Position numbers and translations under genes: made by a program. Of a stretch of DNA of 64,000 nucleotides, positions 48,288-57,538 are shown in pieces (the stretch's first letter is position 1; each line of letters opens with the position of its first letter). Origin of the DNA: an uncultured virus (IMG/VR IMGVR_UViG_3300025704_000016) (taxonomy: Duplodnaviria > Heunggongvirae > Uroviricota > Caudoviricetes); the IMG/VR virus record IMGVR_UViG_3300025704_000016, positions 1 to 64,000 of that record; one strand, 5' to 3'. The notes beneath the pieces are model-generated. The model saw only the letters and a program-made list of their open reading frames with translations. It was not told the DNA's origin and did no database searches.

Positions 48288-48760
48288 TGTCGATAAAGAA
48301 CTTAAAGCCAAGTAATAATTCAGGCCACATTCAAGGTTATTTTAAACCTACTAATCCAGACAAATATATTGGCCCCACTCCCATCATCTACAGAAGTTCA
48401 TGGGAGCGCAAGTTCATGATTATGTGTGACACTAGAGACCATGTCCTAAAATGGTCTAGCGAACCTGTTACAATTAAATATTGGTCATCTATAGATAATA
48501 AAGAACATAAATATTATCCAGACTTCTACATGAAGACCAAAACAGAAGAAGGTGAAAAAGAGTTTTTAGTTGAGGTGAAACCAGAAGCTCAGATCAAAAA
48601 GCCAAAGCCACCAACCAAGAATTCAAAGAAGGCTCTTAACTCATATAAGTTTTTGGCAGAGCAATACATAAAAAATAGAGACAAATACGCATATGCTAAA
48701 CAGTGGGCTGAAGCTCGCGGCTGGCGTTTCATTGTACTTACTGAAAAGACTCTAGGTTAA
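48287..48760 (+). CDS. gp4: Head completion nuclease (gp4, TnsA-like)
   Basis: QGYFKPTNPDKY.G, YRSSWE, WSSE, YYPDF, EVKP, N..K...A...F..LTE. Confidence 0.9.
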   Translation: MSIKNLKPSNNSGHIQGYFKPTNPDKYIGPTPIIYRSSWERKFMIMCDTRDHVLKWSSEPVTIKYWSSIDNKEHKYYPDFYMKTKTEEGEKEFLVEVKPEAQIKKPKPPTKNSKKALNSYKFLAEQYIKNRDKYAYAKQWAEARGWRFIVLTEKTLG

Positions 48761-48761
48761 T

Positions 48762-49361
48762 ATGGGCCAGATTAAAAAAGATATAAGGGAATTAAGTAGA
48801 GAAGCTGGTGGTAAAAACGCAGCCAAAAAGGCTGCTGAGTCTTGGTTTTTAGAGAGTAGTAAAAATATCCGCGAAGGTGCGGTTATGAAAACAGGTGCTA
48901 GATTTAGAACCGGTATGATTCATGTTTTTAGATATGACAACCCTAAACATGCAGAAACTTTAGAGTGGTGGGATCGTAATCCAGTAGTACTGGCTCTAGA
49001 TCCAGCTGAAGGTAATGACTTTGGTATAAACCTTAATTTGCTACCCGTAAACTTTAAAGAGGATATGCTTGATATGATTTATGAACGCATGTCAGGGCAA
49101 ATTAAATCAAAGACCTTAGGTAAGAGTGGTAAGGCAACAGCACAGGGTCAGATCCCACTAACATATGTTGGTGCAAAATCATTTTTAGATCAATTTGGCC
49201 TAGGTTTTGCAGTAAGACAATATATTCCAAGCTTGAAATCTAATCAAGCAATTGTTAACTATGAAAACTGGGCTAGAATAGCGCTCTGTGACTTTATTGA
49301 ACTAAACGGGGCTTCAGTAGGTAAAATTAGAGCACAGTTCAAAAACTACCTTAAGAAATGA
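48762..49361 (+). CDS. gp2: DNA end protector (gp2-like)
   Basis: F.YD.PKH..TL.WWD..P.VL, GINLNLLP, VRQY. Confidence 0.8.
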   Translation: MGQIKKDIRELSREAGGKNAAKKAAESWFLESSKNIREGAVMKTGARFRTGMIHVFRYDNPKHAETLEWWDRNPVVLALDPAEGNDFGINLNLLPVNFKEDMLDMIYERMSGQIKSKTLGKSGKATAQGQIPLTYVGAKSFLDQFGLGFAVRQYIPSLKSNQAIVNYENWARIALCDFIELNGASVGKIRAQFKNYLKK

Positions 49362-49369
49362 GATATATA
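49362..49369 (+). promoter_or_regulatory. Putative late promoter GATATATA
   Basis: Upstream of the portal gene. Confidence 0.7.
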
Positions 49370-49391
49370 AAATTGAAAATACTATCATAAT

Positions 49392-50996
49392 ATGGCAGGT
49401 TATACAAATAAAAGAAACGGACCTTTAAGTTACGGTAGCAAACCGTTTAACTTATCGAATACGTTGAAGTCGCTTTCATCATTCGGTATGCGTTATGATG
49501 ACATGGTTCTACGCCAGTCTCAGGCAATAGGCCCAATGGAGGATATGTTTGGCTATGGTCAGATGAATCCAATGGGTATTGACAATGATGACATCTACGG
49601 TGCATTTGCTGCGCTGTCGATGACCGACATTAACCTTAAGAAGAACATTCCGTTCTTTGACCAAGAATATCAACAGAAGAGAGAAGAACTCAGAGCCTTT
49701 TCAATCAATGATGAGATTGAAGATATTCTAGACATTCTTTGCGATGAGACTGTAGTTTATGATGATAAAAACTTTTTCTGTCAACCAGAAATCTTAGGAC
49801 TTGATGTCTCTGAAAAGGTTGAGAAAGACCTTAACAAATATTTTAGACAGATCTACCACTATTTTGGTTTTAACACAGACCAATCAGCTTGGTACTACTT
49901 TAGAAAGTTCTTGATAGACGGTTACCTAGCTTTTGAGATTATTTACAATCCAGATCAAACTGAGATTATTGGTTTCAAAGAGATTGATCCGATTACACTT
50001 ATTCCAGGCTACAACCATGATGATGGTAAAAAAGTTTGGGTACAATTTAAAGACGATCCAACAAAAGAACGTAAACTTTACGATTCGCAGGTTCTTTACA
50101 TATCTTACTCTTCAATTACAACGGCAAGCCGCGTAAGTTATCTAGAACGACTAATCAGAGCATTTAACTTATTAAGAATTATGGAACATACTAGAGTTGT
50201 ATGGGCCGTGACTAATGCTTCGTTTAGAATGAAGTTTATTATTCCAGTTGGAGGTAAGTCTAAGACTCGTGCTAAGCAATCCTTGGCACAACTGATGAAC
50301 TCTTATAAGGAGAATGTTGATTTTGATTGGGAAAGTGCAACACTGCACACAGATGGCCAGCCAATGCTACAGTTCAACAAAGAATACTGGTTACCAAGTA
50401 AAGAGGGTGAAAGCCCAGAGATTGAAACTCTTGGCGGTGATGGACCAGATTTATCAGATACTGAAGCACTTAAGTACTTCTCTGATAAGTTAAAGCACGT
50501 ATCTAAAATTCCTTACTCAAGATTCTTATATGAAGATGGCGGTGGAGATTTTAACCTTGCAGCAGACGGTATGATCCGTGATGAGATCAAGTTTAGCAAG
50601 TTTATCAAACGTTTAAGATCAACGTTCCAAGAGATCTTAGTTAAGCCACTCTATATTCAAATGTGTTTAAAGTACCCGGAGTTTAGTGAAGATCCACAGT
50701 TTAAAACTCAGGTTGCCTTAAGATTCAATGAAGAGAATATGTTTGCTGAATTAAAGCATATGGAAATCATGGAACGTAGACTAGAATTTATTGGTAGTAT
50801 GCGAGATAGCTTAATGACAACAAACCAAGAAACAATGGAAGAAGAGTACTATTTTGACCAGGCATACCTTGTTAAGAAGTACTTAAAACTTACCGACGAT
50901 GAGATTCAAGCCAACGAGTCTGCAAAGGCTAAAGCTAGTATGGAAGATGCTGGAGAAGGCGGTGGCGAAGATGAAACGGGCGGTATGGGATTTTAA
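49392..50996 (+). CDS. gp20: Portal protein (gp20)
   Basis: FRKFLIDG, SYLERLIRAFNLLRIME, EYWLP..EG..PEIETL.G, IPYSRF, IRDEIKFSKFIKRLR. Confidence 0.93.
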   Translation: MAGYTNKRNGPLSYGSKPFNLSNTLKSLSSFGMRYDDMVLRQSQAIGPMEDMFGYGQMNPMGIDNDDIYGAFAALSMTDINLKKNIPFFDQEYQQKREELRAFSINDEIEDILDILCDETVVYDDKNFFCQPEILGLDVSEKVEKDLNKYFRQIYHYFGFNTDQSAWYYFRKFLIDGYLAFEIIYNPDQTEIIGFKEIDPITLIPGYNHDDGKKVWVQFKDDPTKERKLYDSQVLYISYSSITTASRVSYLERLIRAFNLLRIMEHTRVVWAVTNASFRMKFIIPVGGKSKTRAKQSLAQLMNSYKENVDFDWESATLHTDGQPMLQFNKEYWLPSKEGESPEIETLGGDGPDLSDTEALKYFSDKLKHVSKIPYSRFLYEDGGGDFNLAADGMIRDEIKFSKFIKRLRSTFQEILVKPLYIQMCLKYPEFSEDPQFKTQVALRFNEENMFAELKHMEIMERRLEFIGSMRDSLMTTNQETMEEEYYFDQAYLVKKYLKLTDDEIQANESAKAKASMEDAGEGGGEDETGGMGF

Positions 50997-50998
50997 AA

Positions 50999-51006
50999 GA
51001 TATATA
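50999..51006 (+). promoter_or_regulatory. GATATATA motif
   Basis: Immediately before 51011. Confidence 0.55.
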
Positions 51007-51010
51007 AACT

Positions 51011-51373
51011 ATGAAAATTTATAGAACATTCGAATCATTCGTTAAAAAGGTAAACGAAGACGCACTGAAAGCAGGCGAAGAGTCAACTGTATATGTTGAT
51101 GATTATACACTAGACTCAGGTGAGACTATTAAGTCTGCAGAGATACTTGGAGCTATCCAAGCTTATCAAACAGAGAAGGAATTCCAACAATACTTTTTTG
51201 ATGAGTATGGTGAGGGTTCTTTTGCTAGTGGAGAGCTAGATAAGCTAACAAAATTCTTTAATGAGGTTAAAGCTGAAGAGAAAGAAGAAGACGCAGATGT
51301 CGACAAGGAAGAGAAAAAAGATGACGAAGGTGGCGACGAAGGTGGCGCTGATGACCTAGACCTTGACATATAA
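51011..51373 (+). CDS. Small acidic prohead-core-like protein
   Basis: Lies between portal and protease (gp67/68 position); starts MKIYRTFESFV. Confidence 0.55.
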   Translation: MKIYRTFESFVKKVNEDALKAGEESTVYVDDYTLDSGETIKSAEILGAIQAYQTEKEFQQYFFDEYGEGSFASGELDKLTKFFNEVKAEEKEEDADVDKEEKKDDEGGDEGGADDLDLDI

Positions 51374-51397
51374 TAAGATATTTACATAAGCAAAGCT

Positions 51398-51405
51398 GAT
51401 ATATA
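51398..51405 (+). promoter_or_regulatory. Putative late promoter GATATATA
   Basis: Upstream of the prohead protease gene. Confidence 0.7.
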
Positions 51406-51428
51406 TTAAAAATAGAAAAACACATAGA

Positions 51429-53390
51429 ATGAAAAATAGCAAAGATTTATTGATTGTTGAGAGGTCCTCATCGGCACTTACGGTTGATAAGAATGAAAAC
51501 AAAGACTATGTGCTTGAGGGTATTTTTGGTCAAATAGATCAAAAGAACAGAAACAACAGAATCTATACGGAAGATGAATATGTTCCACAGATTGAGGCTC
51601 TTCAAGCAAAAATTAAGTCTTCAAAGCTTTTGGGCGAGTTAGATCACCCAACACAATTCGATACTTCTTTAAAGAACGTGTCACACATAGTAGAAGAACT
51701 TTACTATGATAAAGATACAAAAGAAGTACGTGGTAAGATCAGACTTCTAGACACAGATGCTGGTCGTCAAGCCAAAGCACTAGTCGACGCTGGTGTACCA
51801 CTTCAAATCTCGTCAAGAGCTGCAGGTGCTGTTGAATCTAACGGTAAAGTTAAGATCAAGCAGCTTTTTACTTATGACCTAGTAGCAGATCCCGGTTTCG
51901 AGAACGCTGAGCTAAAAAGAGTAAATGAGTCTTACGGCTTTAGCAACGACGAAGGACTATACATCTACGAGATGGGAGAAGTGGCTAACATTATAGAAAA
52001 CACAGACACACAAATAAAAGAAAATCAAAACATGGCAGAATTCGTAAAGGCTGAAGACTTTAACAAGTACTCACATTATCTTGCTAAAGAGATTAAGGCA
52101 ATTAAGGAGGCTATCGACGCAAAGTCTGATGAAGAAGCAGCTGGCGTTGATGAGAAAATTACTAAAGTGATTGGTCACAGCGACCATATCGCAGAAAGCG
52201 TTAACAAACTTGAAAAGTACGTTAGCTATGTGACTGAAAGGCTAGATGAGTCTATTCAGTACACCGAGCATGTTGCAGAAAAAACAGATCAAGGTATTCA
52301 ATACTCTGAAGCTCTAGCTGAAAAGTTAGACCAGTCTATTCAATACTCTGAACATGTTGCAGAAAAACTAGACGAAGGTATTCAGTATACTGAGCACGTT
52401 GCAGAAGGAGTTGCTAAGTTGAAAGACTTTGCTAACTATCTAGCTGAAGCTCACAATGAAAGCACTGTCTCAGGTGAGAACATCATTGAGTACGTTAACT
52501 ATCTAAAAGAAAACATGCAGTCAATCTCAGAATATGCTGAGTACATTGCTGAATCTATCAACGAAAACTTAGTAGTTGAAGAAGAAGGTGACGTTGAAGG
52601 TGAAGAAGCTGGCGTTGAAGGTGAAGAAGTTGTTAAGAAAGACGAAGCTGAACTTGAAGAAGTTGGAGACAACTCTGAAGAAGGTGACGTAAGTGCTGAC
52701 GGCGAAGAAGCTGGACAAGAAGCAGAAGAAGGTGCTGAAGGTGCTGCTGATGGAGTTGATGCTCCAGAAGAAGTACATTCTGAAGAAGACAAAGGTACTC
52801 AAGAAGAGGCTGATGATGAAATGCCAGAAGACGAAGGCGAAGATGGAGCTTCAGATCCATTAGAAGCTTACAAGAAAGAAGTTTCTTCTAAGTTAGACGC
52901 ACTAGTTGAAAGCGCAACTAAAGCTGAGAATGAGAATCCATCATTCTTTAGAATTGTATCTTCAACAACTCAGTCTAAATACAACGAGCTTAACGAAGCT
53001 GCAAAAACTGAAGTTAGACAAATTGTTTCTAAGAGAGGTTTCATGACAGAATCTGAGATTGTTTCTCTAATCGAAAAATCAAATATGATTGTTGAGTCTA
53101 GACAGGCACAGCCATTCGTACTAGAGGCAATGCCAGCAGAATACGCTGATGTATGGTCAAACCTTTCAGAAGCTAAGCATAATCAAATTTTAGCTCAATC
53201 TAAGTATCATAAACTAGAAACAGAATACCAAGTAAGAAACTTCTGGCAAACTAGAGATCTAAGAGAATCTGCCTCAGTAATGGAGAAGATCGAAATGATT
53301 AAAGAGTCGAAAGAAGTTGAAGAGAACAAAGGCCTTGGATACGATGTAACTGGTTACGCTGAGCAATTCAAGAAGAGATTTAACAAATAA
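51429..53390 (+). CDS. gp21: Prohead protease (gp21-like) fused to a scaffold/core domain
   Basis: LEGIF, KNRNNRIY, GELDHP, VSH, ISSRAAG, YDLVADPGF, followed by about 450 aa of coiled-coil/acidic sequence. Confidence 0.88.
   Translation: MKNSKDLLIVERSSSALTVDKNENKDYVLEGIFGQIDQKNRNNRIYTEDEYVPQIEALQAKIKSSKLLGELDHPTQFDTSLKNVSHIVEELYYDKDTKEVRGKIRLLDTDAGRQAKALVDAGVPLQISSRAAGAVESNGKVKIKQLFTYDLVADPGFENAELKRVNESYGFSNDEGLYIYEMGEVANIIENTDTQIKENQNMAEFVKAEDFNKYSHYLAKEIKAIKEAIDAKSDEEAAGVDEKITKVIGHSDHIAESVNKLEKYVSYVTERLDESIQYTEHVAEKTDQGIQYSEALAEKLDQSIQYSEHVAEKLDEGIQYTEHVAEGVAKLKDFANYLAEAHNESTVSGENIIEYVNYLKENMQSISEYAEYIAESINENLVVEEEGDVEGEEAGVEGEEVVKKDEAELEEVGDNSEEGDVSADGEEAGQEAEEGAEGAADGVDAPEEVHSEEDKGTQEEADDEMPEDEGEDGASDPLEAYKKEVSSKLDALVESATKAENENPSFFRIVSSTTQSKYNELNEAAKTEVRQIVSKRGFMTESEIVSLIEKSNMIVESRQAQPFVLEAMPAEYADVWSNLSEAKHNQILAQSKYHKLETEYQVRNFWQTRDLRESASVMEKIEMIKESKEVEENKGLGYDVTGYAEQFKKRFNK
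52242..52409 (+). repeat. Four 14-aa (42-bp) repeats (L/T)D(E/Q)(S/G)IQY(T/S)EH(V/L)AEK-like
   Basis: Read in the protein and in the DNA. Confidence 0.85.
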
Positions 53391-53414
53391 TCTATCTGTT
53401 CATTCTATAAATTT

Positions 53415-53445
53415 AAGGGGAGAGTGTTAATTCACTCTCCTTTTT
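53415..53445 (+). terminator. Intrinsic terminator
   Basis: GGAGAGTG/CACTCTCC stem plus T5. Confidence 0.8.
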
Positions 53446-53474
53446 AACTCTTGCAAAAAAGCAAAAATTAAGAA

Positions 53475-53482
53475 GATATATA
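53475..53482 (+). promoter_or_regulatory. Putative late promoter of the major capsid gene
   Basis: GATATATA. Confidence 0.75.
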
Positions 53483-53561
53483 AACTGATCGACGAATAGG
53501 GCGAAAGAAGCAGAAAGCCCATCGAATGTCGAATAAACAAATAAAAAAAGATCATTCAAAA

Positions 53562-55037
53562 ATGGCAAATTTAATTAACGAAGCTGAGATCAGAAACACT
53601 TGGGCTCCTATCATTGAGGAAGCTACAGGTATTACTGAATCTAACAAGCTTGCATGGATGTCTGAGTACTGCCACAATCACAAGCTGTACGAAGACGCAA
53701 ACATTATGGCACTTAACCCAGGTATGAACTTAGCTGGTATGGGCGCAGTATCTTTCCCAGCTAACGGTAGCACAGCTAACGTAGGTGGTTCAGGTGCAAA
53801 CGGCTCAGGTGACAAAGCTCCAACATTGCTTCCTTTAGCAATGCAGGTTGCTGCTCAAACTATCGGTCTAGACTTAGTACCAGTAGTACCAATGGCAGGT
53901 CCAATGGGATTACTTTCTTACTTAGACTACACTTACGAAGGTGGTGTTGCTAACGCTATCGCTAACGGTGCTGACGGTACTGTAGCTCCAACTTACGTAA
54001 AAGCTTCAGGTGCTGGAACTGCAGACATCACTGCTACTTCTACAAATGGTGCCTACGAATTCGTAGGAACTTCAAGAATTGACGGTAAGTCAATCTTTAA
54101 AGTAGGTACTATCGTAGATGCAACTGTAGCTGCTGATTTAGAAGCTGCTGGTGCTGATGGTGATTCTGTTGAACTAGTAAAAGCTATGGAAGATCACATC
54201 CCAGGATTTACTGGTGATGCTGATTCAGACGGTAACGCTCTTCCTTTCTCAAGAGAAAAAGGTGAGTCAACTAGAGACAAGCTAATGGGCTTAAGCCTAT
54301 TCAGCAAGTCAGTTGCTGCTGAAACTTTCCAAGTTGCTGCTGGTGTAACTAGAGAGCAAGTACAAGACCTAAAACAATTCGGTGTTGATGCTGTTGCTCA
54401 AGTAGAAGCAGTATTAACTAACGAATTGACTCAGTCTATCAACGACTACATCTTGAAGTCAATGAGAAATCTTGCAGCTACTAACATAACTGAAAACCCA
54501 TTCTCAGCTGCTATCGACCTATCTCCAACTACCAACTATGGTGGTGAGACAAGAGGTGAAGCACACAGAAGAATTTTAACTAACGTTCTTGCTGCTGCTA
54601 ACTTTATCGCTAACAAAGGTAGAAGAGGTGCTGGTAACTTCGCAGTAGTTGATGCTAAAATCGCTTCAGCTCTACAAGGTATCGCAGGTTTCGTACCTAA
54701 CCCAATGGCTAACACGTTCAACCAAGTTGCAGGTGCAATCTACCCAGTAGGTTCTGTAGCAGGTATCAACGTTTACACTGACCCTAGACTTCCTTTCAAC
54801 GGAGGTTACCTAGGTGATTCTGCTGGTACACACAGAATCCTAGTAGGTAGAAAAGGTGACGGTAACTCAGCTGGTCTAGTATTCATGCCTTACCTAATGG
54901 CTGAATCAGTACAAACAATTGCTGAAGGAACTATGGCTCCTAAAGTAGCTGTTAAGTCTAGATTCGCATTGGTTGAAGCTGGATTCCACCCAGAAACTCA
55001 ATACGTTGAGTTCAAAGTTGAAAACGTTGAACTATAA
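53562..55037 (+). CDS. gp23: Major capsid protein (gp23-like)
   Basis: WAPIIE, DLVPVVPMAGPMG, EQVQDLKQ.G.DA, RRGAGNF, FMPYL, P.VAVKSRFAL; start refined to MANLINE. Confidence 0.93.
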   Translation: MANLINEAEIRNTWAPIIEEATGITESNKLAWMSEYCHNHKLYEDANIMALNPGMNLAGMGAVSFPANGSTANVGGSGANGSGDKAPTLLPLAMQVAAQTIGLDLVPVVPMAGPMGLLSYLDYTYEGGVANAIANGADGTVAPTYVKASGAGTADITATSTNGAYEFVGTSRIDGKSIFKVGTIVDATVAADLEAAGADGDSVELVKAMEDHIPGFTGDADSDGNALPFSREKGESTRDKLMGLSLFSKSVAAETFQVAAGVTREQVQDLKQFGVDAVAQVEAVLTNELTQSINDYILKSMRNLAATNITENPFSAAIDLSPTTNYGGETRGEAHRRILTNVLAAANFIANKGRRGAGNFAVVDAKIASALQGIAGFVPNPMANTFNQVAGAIYPVGSVAGINVYTDPRLPFNGGYLGDSAGTHRILVGRKGDGNSAGLVFMPYLMAESVQTIAEGTMAPKVAVKSRFALVEAGFHPETQYVEFKVENVEL

Positions 55038-55066
55038 TCTTTAACTAGATAACACGTTTATATAAG

Positions 55067-55095
55067 AGAGGCTCTCATTTGAGGGCCTCTTTTTT
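55067..55095 (+). terminator. Intrinsic terminator after the MCP gene
   Basis: AGAGGCTCTC-ATTT-GAGGGCCTCT plus T run. Confidence 0.85.
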
Positions 55096-55109
55096 GTTTA
55101 TAGAAGTCT

Positions 55110-55117
55110 GATATATA
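55110..55117 (+). promoter_or_regulatory. Putative late promoter GATATATA
   Basis: Upstream of 55146. Confidence 0.65.
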
Positions 55118-55145
55118 GTCTATAGCTACTTAAAAAATACAAGTT

Positions 55146-56966
55146 ATGATGAAATTTAAAACTAGAATAAAAATGTTTGAAGACTTTGAGGCTACTAAAG
55201 TGGATCAAAGTGTTTCTACTAATGCTACAGTAAAAAAAGAAACTACTGAAGTTACAGTAGATGCTAAACCAAGTAATTCAGATACTTCAAGATCTGAAAT
55301 TATTCAAGATGTAGACAATATCATTGATAATCTAGCAAAGCTTTCAGATAGAATGGAAGAAGAGATCATGATAGAAGTTGACTCCATTATTGAAGAGGCT
55401 CTTCTACAACCTATTTACGAGAATAAGTTTTTTGAAGAGATGATGAAGACTTTTAAGTCTATGAAAAGCTTTGCAAAGCTAACTGTAGCTTGGCCAAAAA
55501 TATATAAGTCTCAATTGAAACAGGAACTTGCTAATCTTGAAGCAGAAACTCAATTTGGGGCACAAAAAAATGAGAAGATTGACCAGCTACTTAAAAAAGT
55601 TGAAGCTAAGTTTGACGCTAAGAAGGCTAAAGTCAAAGATTTAGATATTCCTGGTGAAAAGAAAAGAGAGCAAAGAGCTCAAATTGATGCAGCTTTCTCA
55701 GAACAGAAGGACGCTATTAAAGCAAAAATATCTAAGAAGTTAGATGCTCAACTTGAACAGGTTAAAGCAAAGGGTGCTAAAAAATTACAAGACATTCAAG
55801 CAAAACTTAGTGATTTTGAAAACTCTAATAAAATTGAAGCAGAACTAGTCAATAAAAGATGGACTACAAACAAAGGCGATATAAAAGCCGATTTGGATCA
55901 AAAACATATCATGGACAAAACTGAAGTTCAGCTTAAGTATGATGATTCAGATAATCCTGACTATGCTAAAAAATTAAAAGAAAGAGCTGCTAAAGAAGCT
56001 GCAGAAGAGAATAAGAAGGCTCAAGAGAAGAACGCAGAAAGAGAAGCAGAATTTAAAGAATTAGAGGCGGAATCAGCAAAAAGAGCGGAGGCTGGTTCAG
56101 AAAAAGAGAAGGAAGCTAATGCAAAGCTAAAAGCACTCTATTCTACGTCTAACGTTCTTATCAACGCACTTAAAGGTGCTGATGCTGAAGATCCATCTGA
56201 TGATCAAGTAGAGGCTATTAAGAAAGCAAAGAAAGACTATAATGCCGCTAAAGGTGCAATCTCAGCCAATACATTCATTGACGGTGGTGTTGCTAAAGAA
56301 GAAACAGAAGCACAAGGTATTTTAGACGATATTACTGGTAGTATTGAAAGTGCTCTAGACGAATATAGTGATAAAATGGCACTTGCAGATTCTAAGAAGA
56401 CTAAATCTGAAGAAGCTATTGAAGCTGCAGAAACTGCAGTGGATGATGCTAAAAATGAACTAGACCTAGTTAAGGATAACGGTAGTGAAGAAGACATTAA
56501 AGCAGCTCAAGAAAAACTATGGACTGCACAAATAGCAGAACAAAAAGCTAGAAAAGCTCAAGCTGAAGCTGGTGGTGAAGATGTCTCTAAATTCGATGCT
56601 AAAATCAAAGAATTAGAAGATAATATTAAAGGTGGTTCGGGTGAATCAAAAGACGATGAATCAAAAGAACCTACCCAAGAAGAACTTGACGCAGCAGACA
56701 AAGGTGTTTCAGATGCTAAAGCATCATATGATGAAGTTAAAGATGGTGATGATGAAAAAGCTAAGCTTCAGGCCGAAATTAAAGTTAAACAGGCTCAACA
56801 GAAGAGAGCAAAACTTAAAGACAATGATGAACTTTACCAAGGCTTAGTGGATGATATTGGTGAGCTGATGAAGAAGATACAAGCTCTAGGTGAATCTTTA
56901 GATATTAAAGAAAAACCTGCATTCAAATCAGCATCCATTACCGATAAATTCAGAGTTTTAATGTAA
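55146..56966 (+). CDS. Lys/Glu/Ala-rich coiled-coil protein, putative internal virion protein
   Basis: Starts MMKFKTRIKMFEDFE; long helical repeats. Confidence 0.55.
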   Translation: MMKFKTRIKMFEDFEATKVDQSVSTNATVKKETTEVTVDAKPSNSDTSRSEIIQDVDNIIDNLAKLSDRMEEEIMIEVDSIIEEALLQPIYENKFFEEMMKTFKSMKSFAKLTVAWPKIYKSQLKQELANLEAETQFGAQKNEKIDQLLKKVEAKFDAKKAKVKDLDIPGEKKREQRAQIDAAFSEQKDAIKAKISKKLDAQLEQVKAKGAKKLQDIQAKLSDFENSNKIEAELVNKRWTTNKGDIKADLDQKHIMDKTEVQLKYDDSDNPDYAKKLKERAAKEAAEENKKAQEKNAEREAEFKELEAESAKRAEAGSEKEKEANAKLKALYSTSNVLINALKGADAEDPSDDQVEAIKKAKKDYNAAKGAISANTFIDGGVAKEETEAQGILDDITGSIESALDEYSDKMALADSKKTKSEEAIEAAETAVDDAKNELDLVKDNGSEEDIKAAQEKLWTAQIAEQKARKAQAEAGGEDVSKFDAKIKELEDNIKGGSGESKDDESKEPTQEELDAADKGVSDAKASYDEVKDGDDEKAKLQAEIKVKQAQQKRAKLKDNDELYQGLVDDIGELMKKIQALGESLDIKEKPAFKSASITDKFRVLM

Positions 56967-57476
56967 TCAAAGACGACGCTTAGCATTCTTCTTTGCAAGA
57001 TCTAGGAACTCCTGTCTCTCATTGAGCAGGAGTTCTTTACATTTACGGCGAAACTCAATTGAACTCTTAAGAATCCTGCTGTCGACCATTGGAGCCTTTA
57101 AGACATCATGGTATTCTGGGTGGACAAAGTTCTCAAGATCAAAATTCATAAACTTAGACTTGATTGGTTTGCCGCTGATGGCACATAACCAATTAACTGT
57201 GTTGACACTCTCTTTAAACGTGTTAATGTCCACAGGGCGCTCAGATTGCCAATCAAAGTATGTTTTGTATGCAGTACTATCCTTTGTGCTGACTTTCTGC
57301 ATTCTAAGGACGCAGTGAATAAACTGGTCATCACCAGACCACTTCTTGATATGACGGTTTTCAACCAAGAATCTACGGTGCTTTTTCTGAAGAGGCTTCA
57401 GTTTAATACCATATCGGTTGATTGGATAACTACCACCGGTTCTCTCAATTCTAATGTCAGCGTAAGATCTAGCCAT
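56967..57476 (-). CDS. Hypothetical basic protein (only credible minus-strand gene)
   Basis: Fills an otherwise empty 570-bp gap and abuts the upstream gene's stop; GATAGATA variant upstream on the - strand. Confidence 0.7.
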   Translation of the reverse strand: MARSYADIRIERTGGSYPINRYGIKLKPLQKKHRRFLVENRHIKKWSGDDQFIHCVLRMQKVSTKDSTAYKTYFDWQSERPVDINTFKESVNTVNWLCAISGKPIKSKFMNFDLENFVHPEYHDVLKAPMVDSRILKSSIEFRRKCKELLLNERQEFLDLAKKNAKRRL

Positions 57477-57493
57477 ATATACTATCTATCAGT

Positions 57494-57520
57494 GAAACTA
57501 AGAGGCCAGCTTTCATATAA
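57494..57520 (+). promoter_or_regulatory. GAAAC-N17-TATAA promoter of the clamp loader gene
   Basis: Exact bipartite motif. Confidence 0.6.
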
Positions 57521-57538
57521 GATACAAAAGTAACTTAT

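Noticed and set aside
48287..48760. TnsA-like nuclease as evidence of a Tn7 transposon
   Set aside because: Sequence and position next to gp2 and portal match T4 gp4 head completion protein, and there is no tnsB/C.
52242..52409. Regularly spaced 42-bp repeats as a possible CRISPR array
   Set aside because: They are degenerate in-frame coding repeats with no unique spacers and no cas genes.
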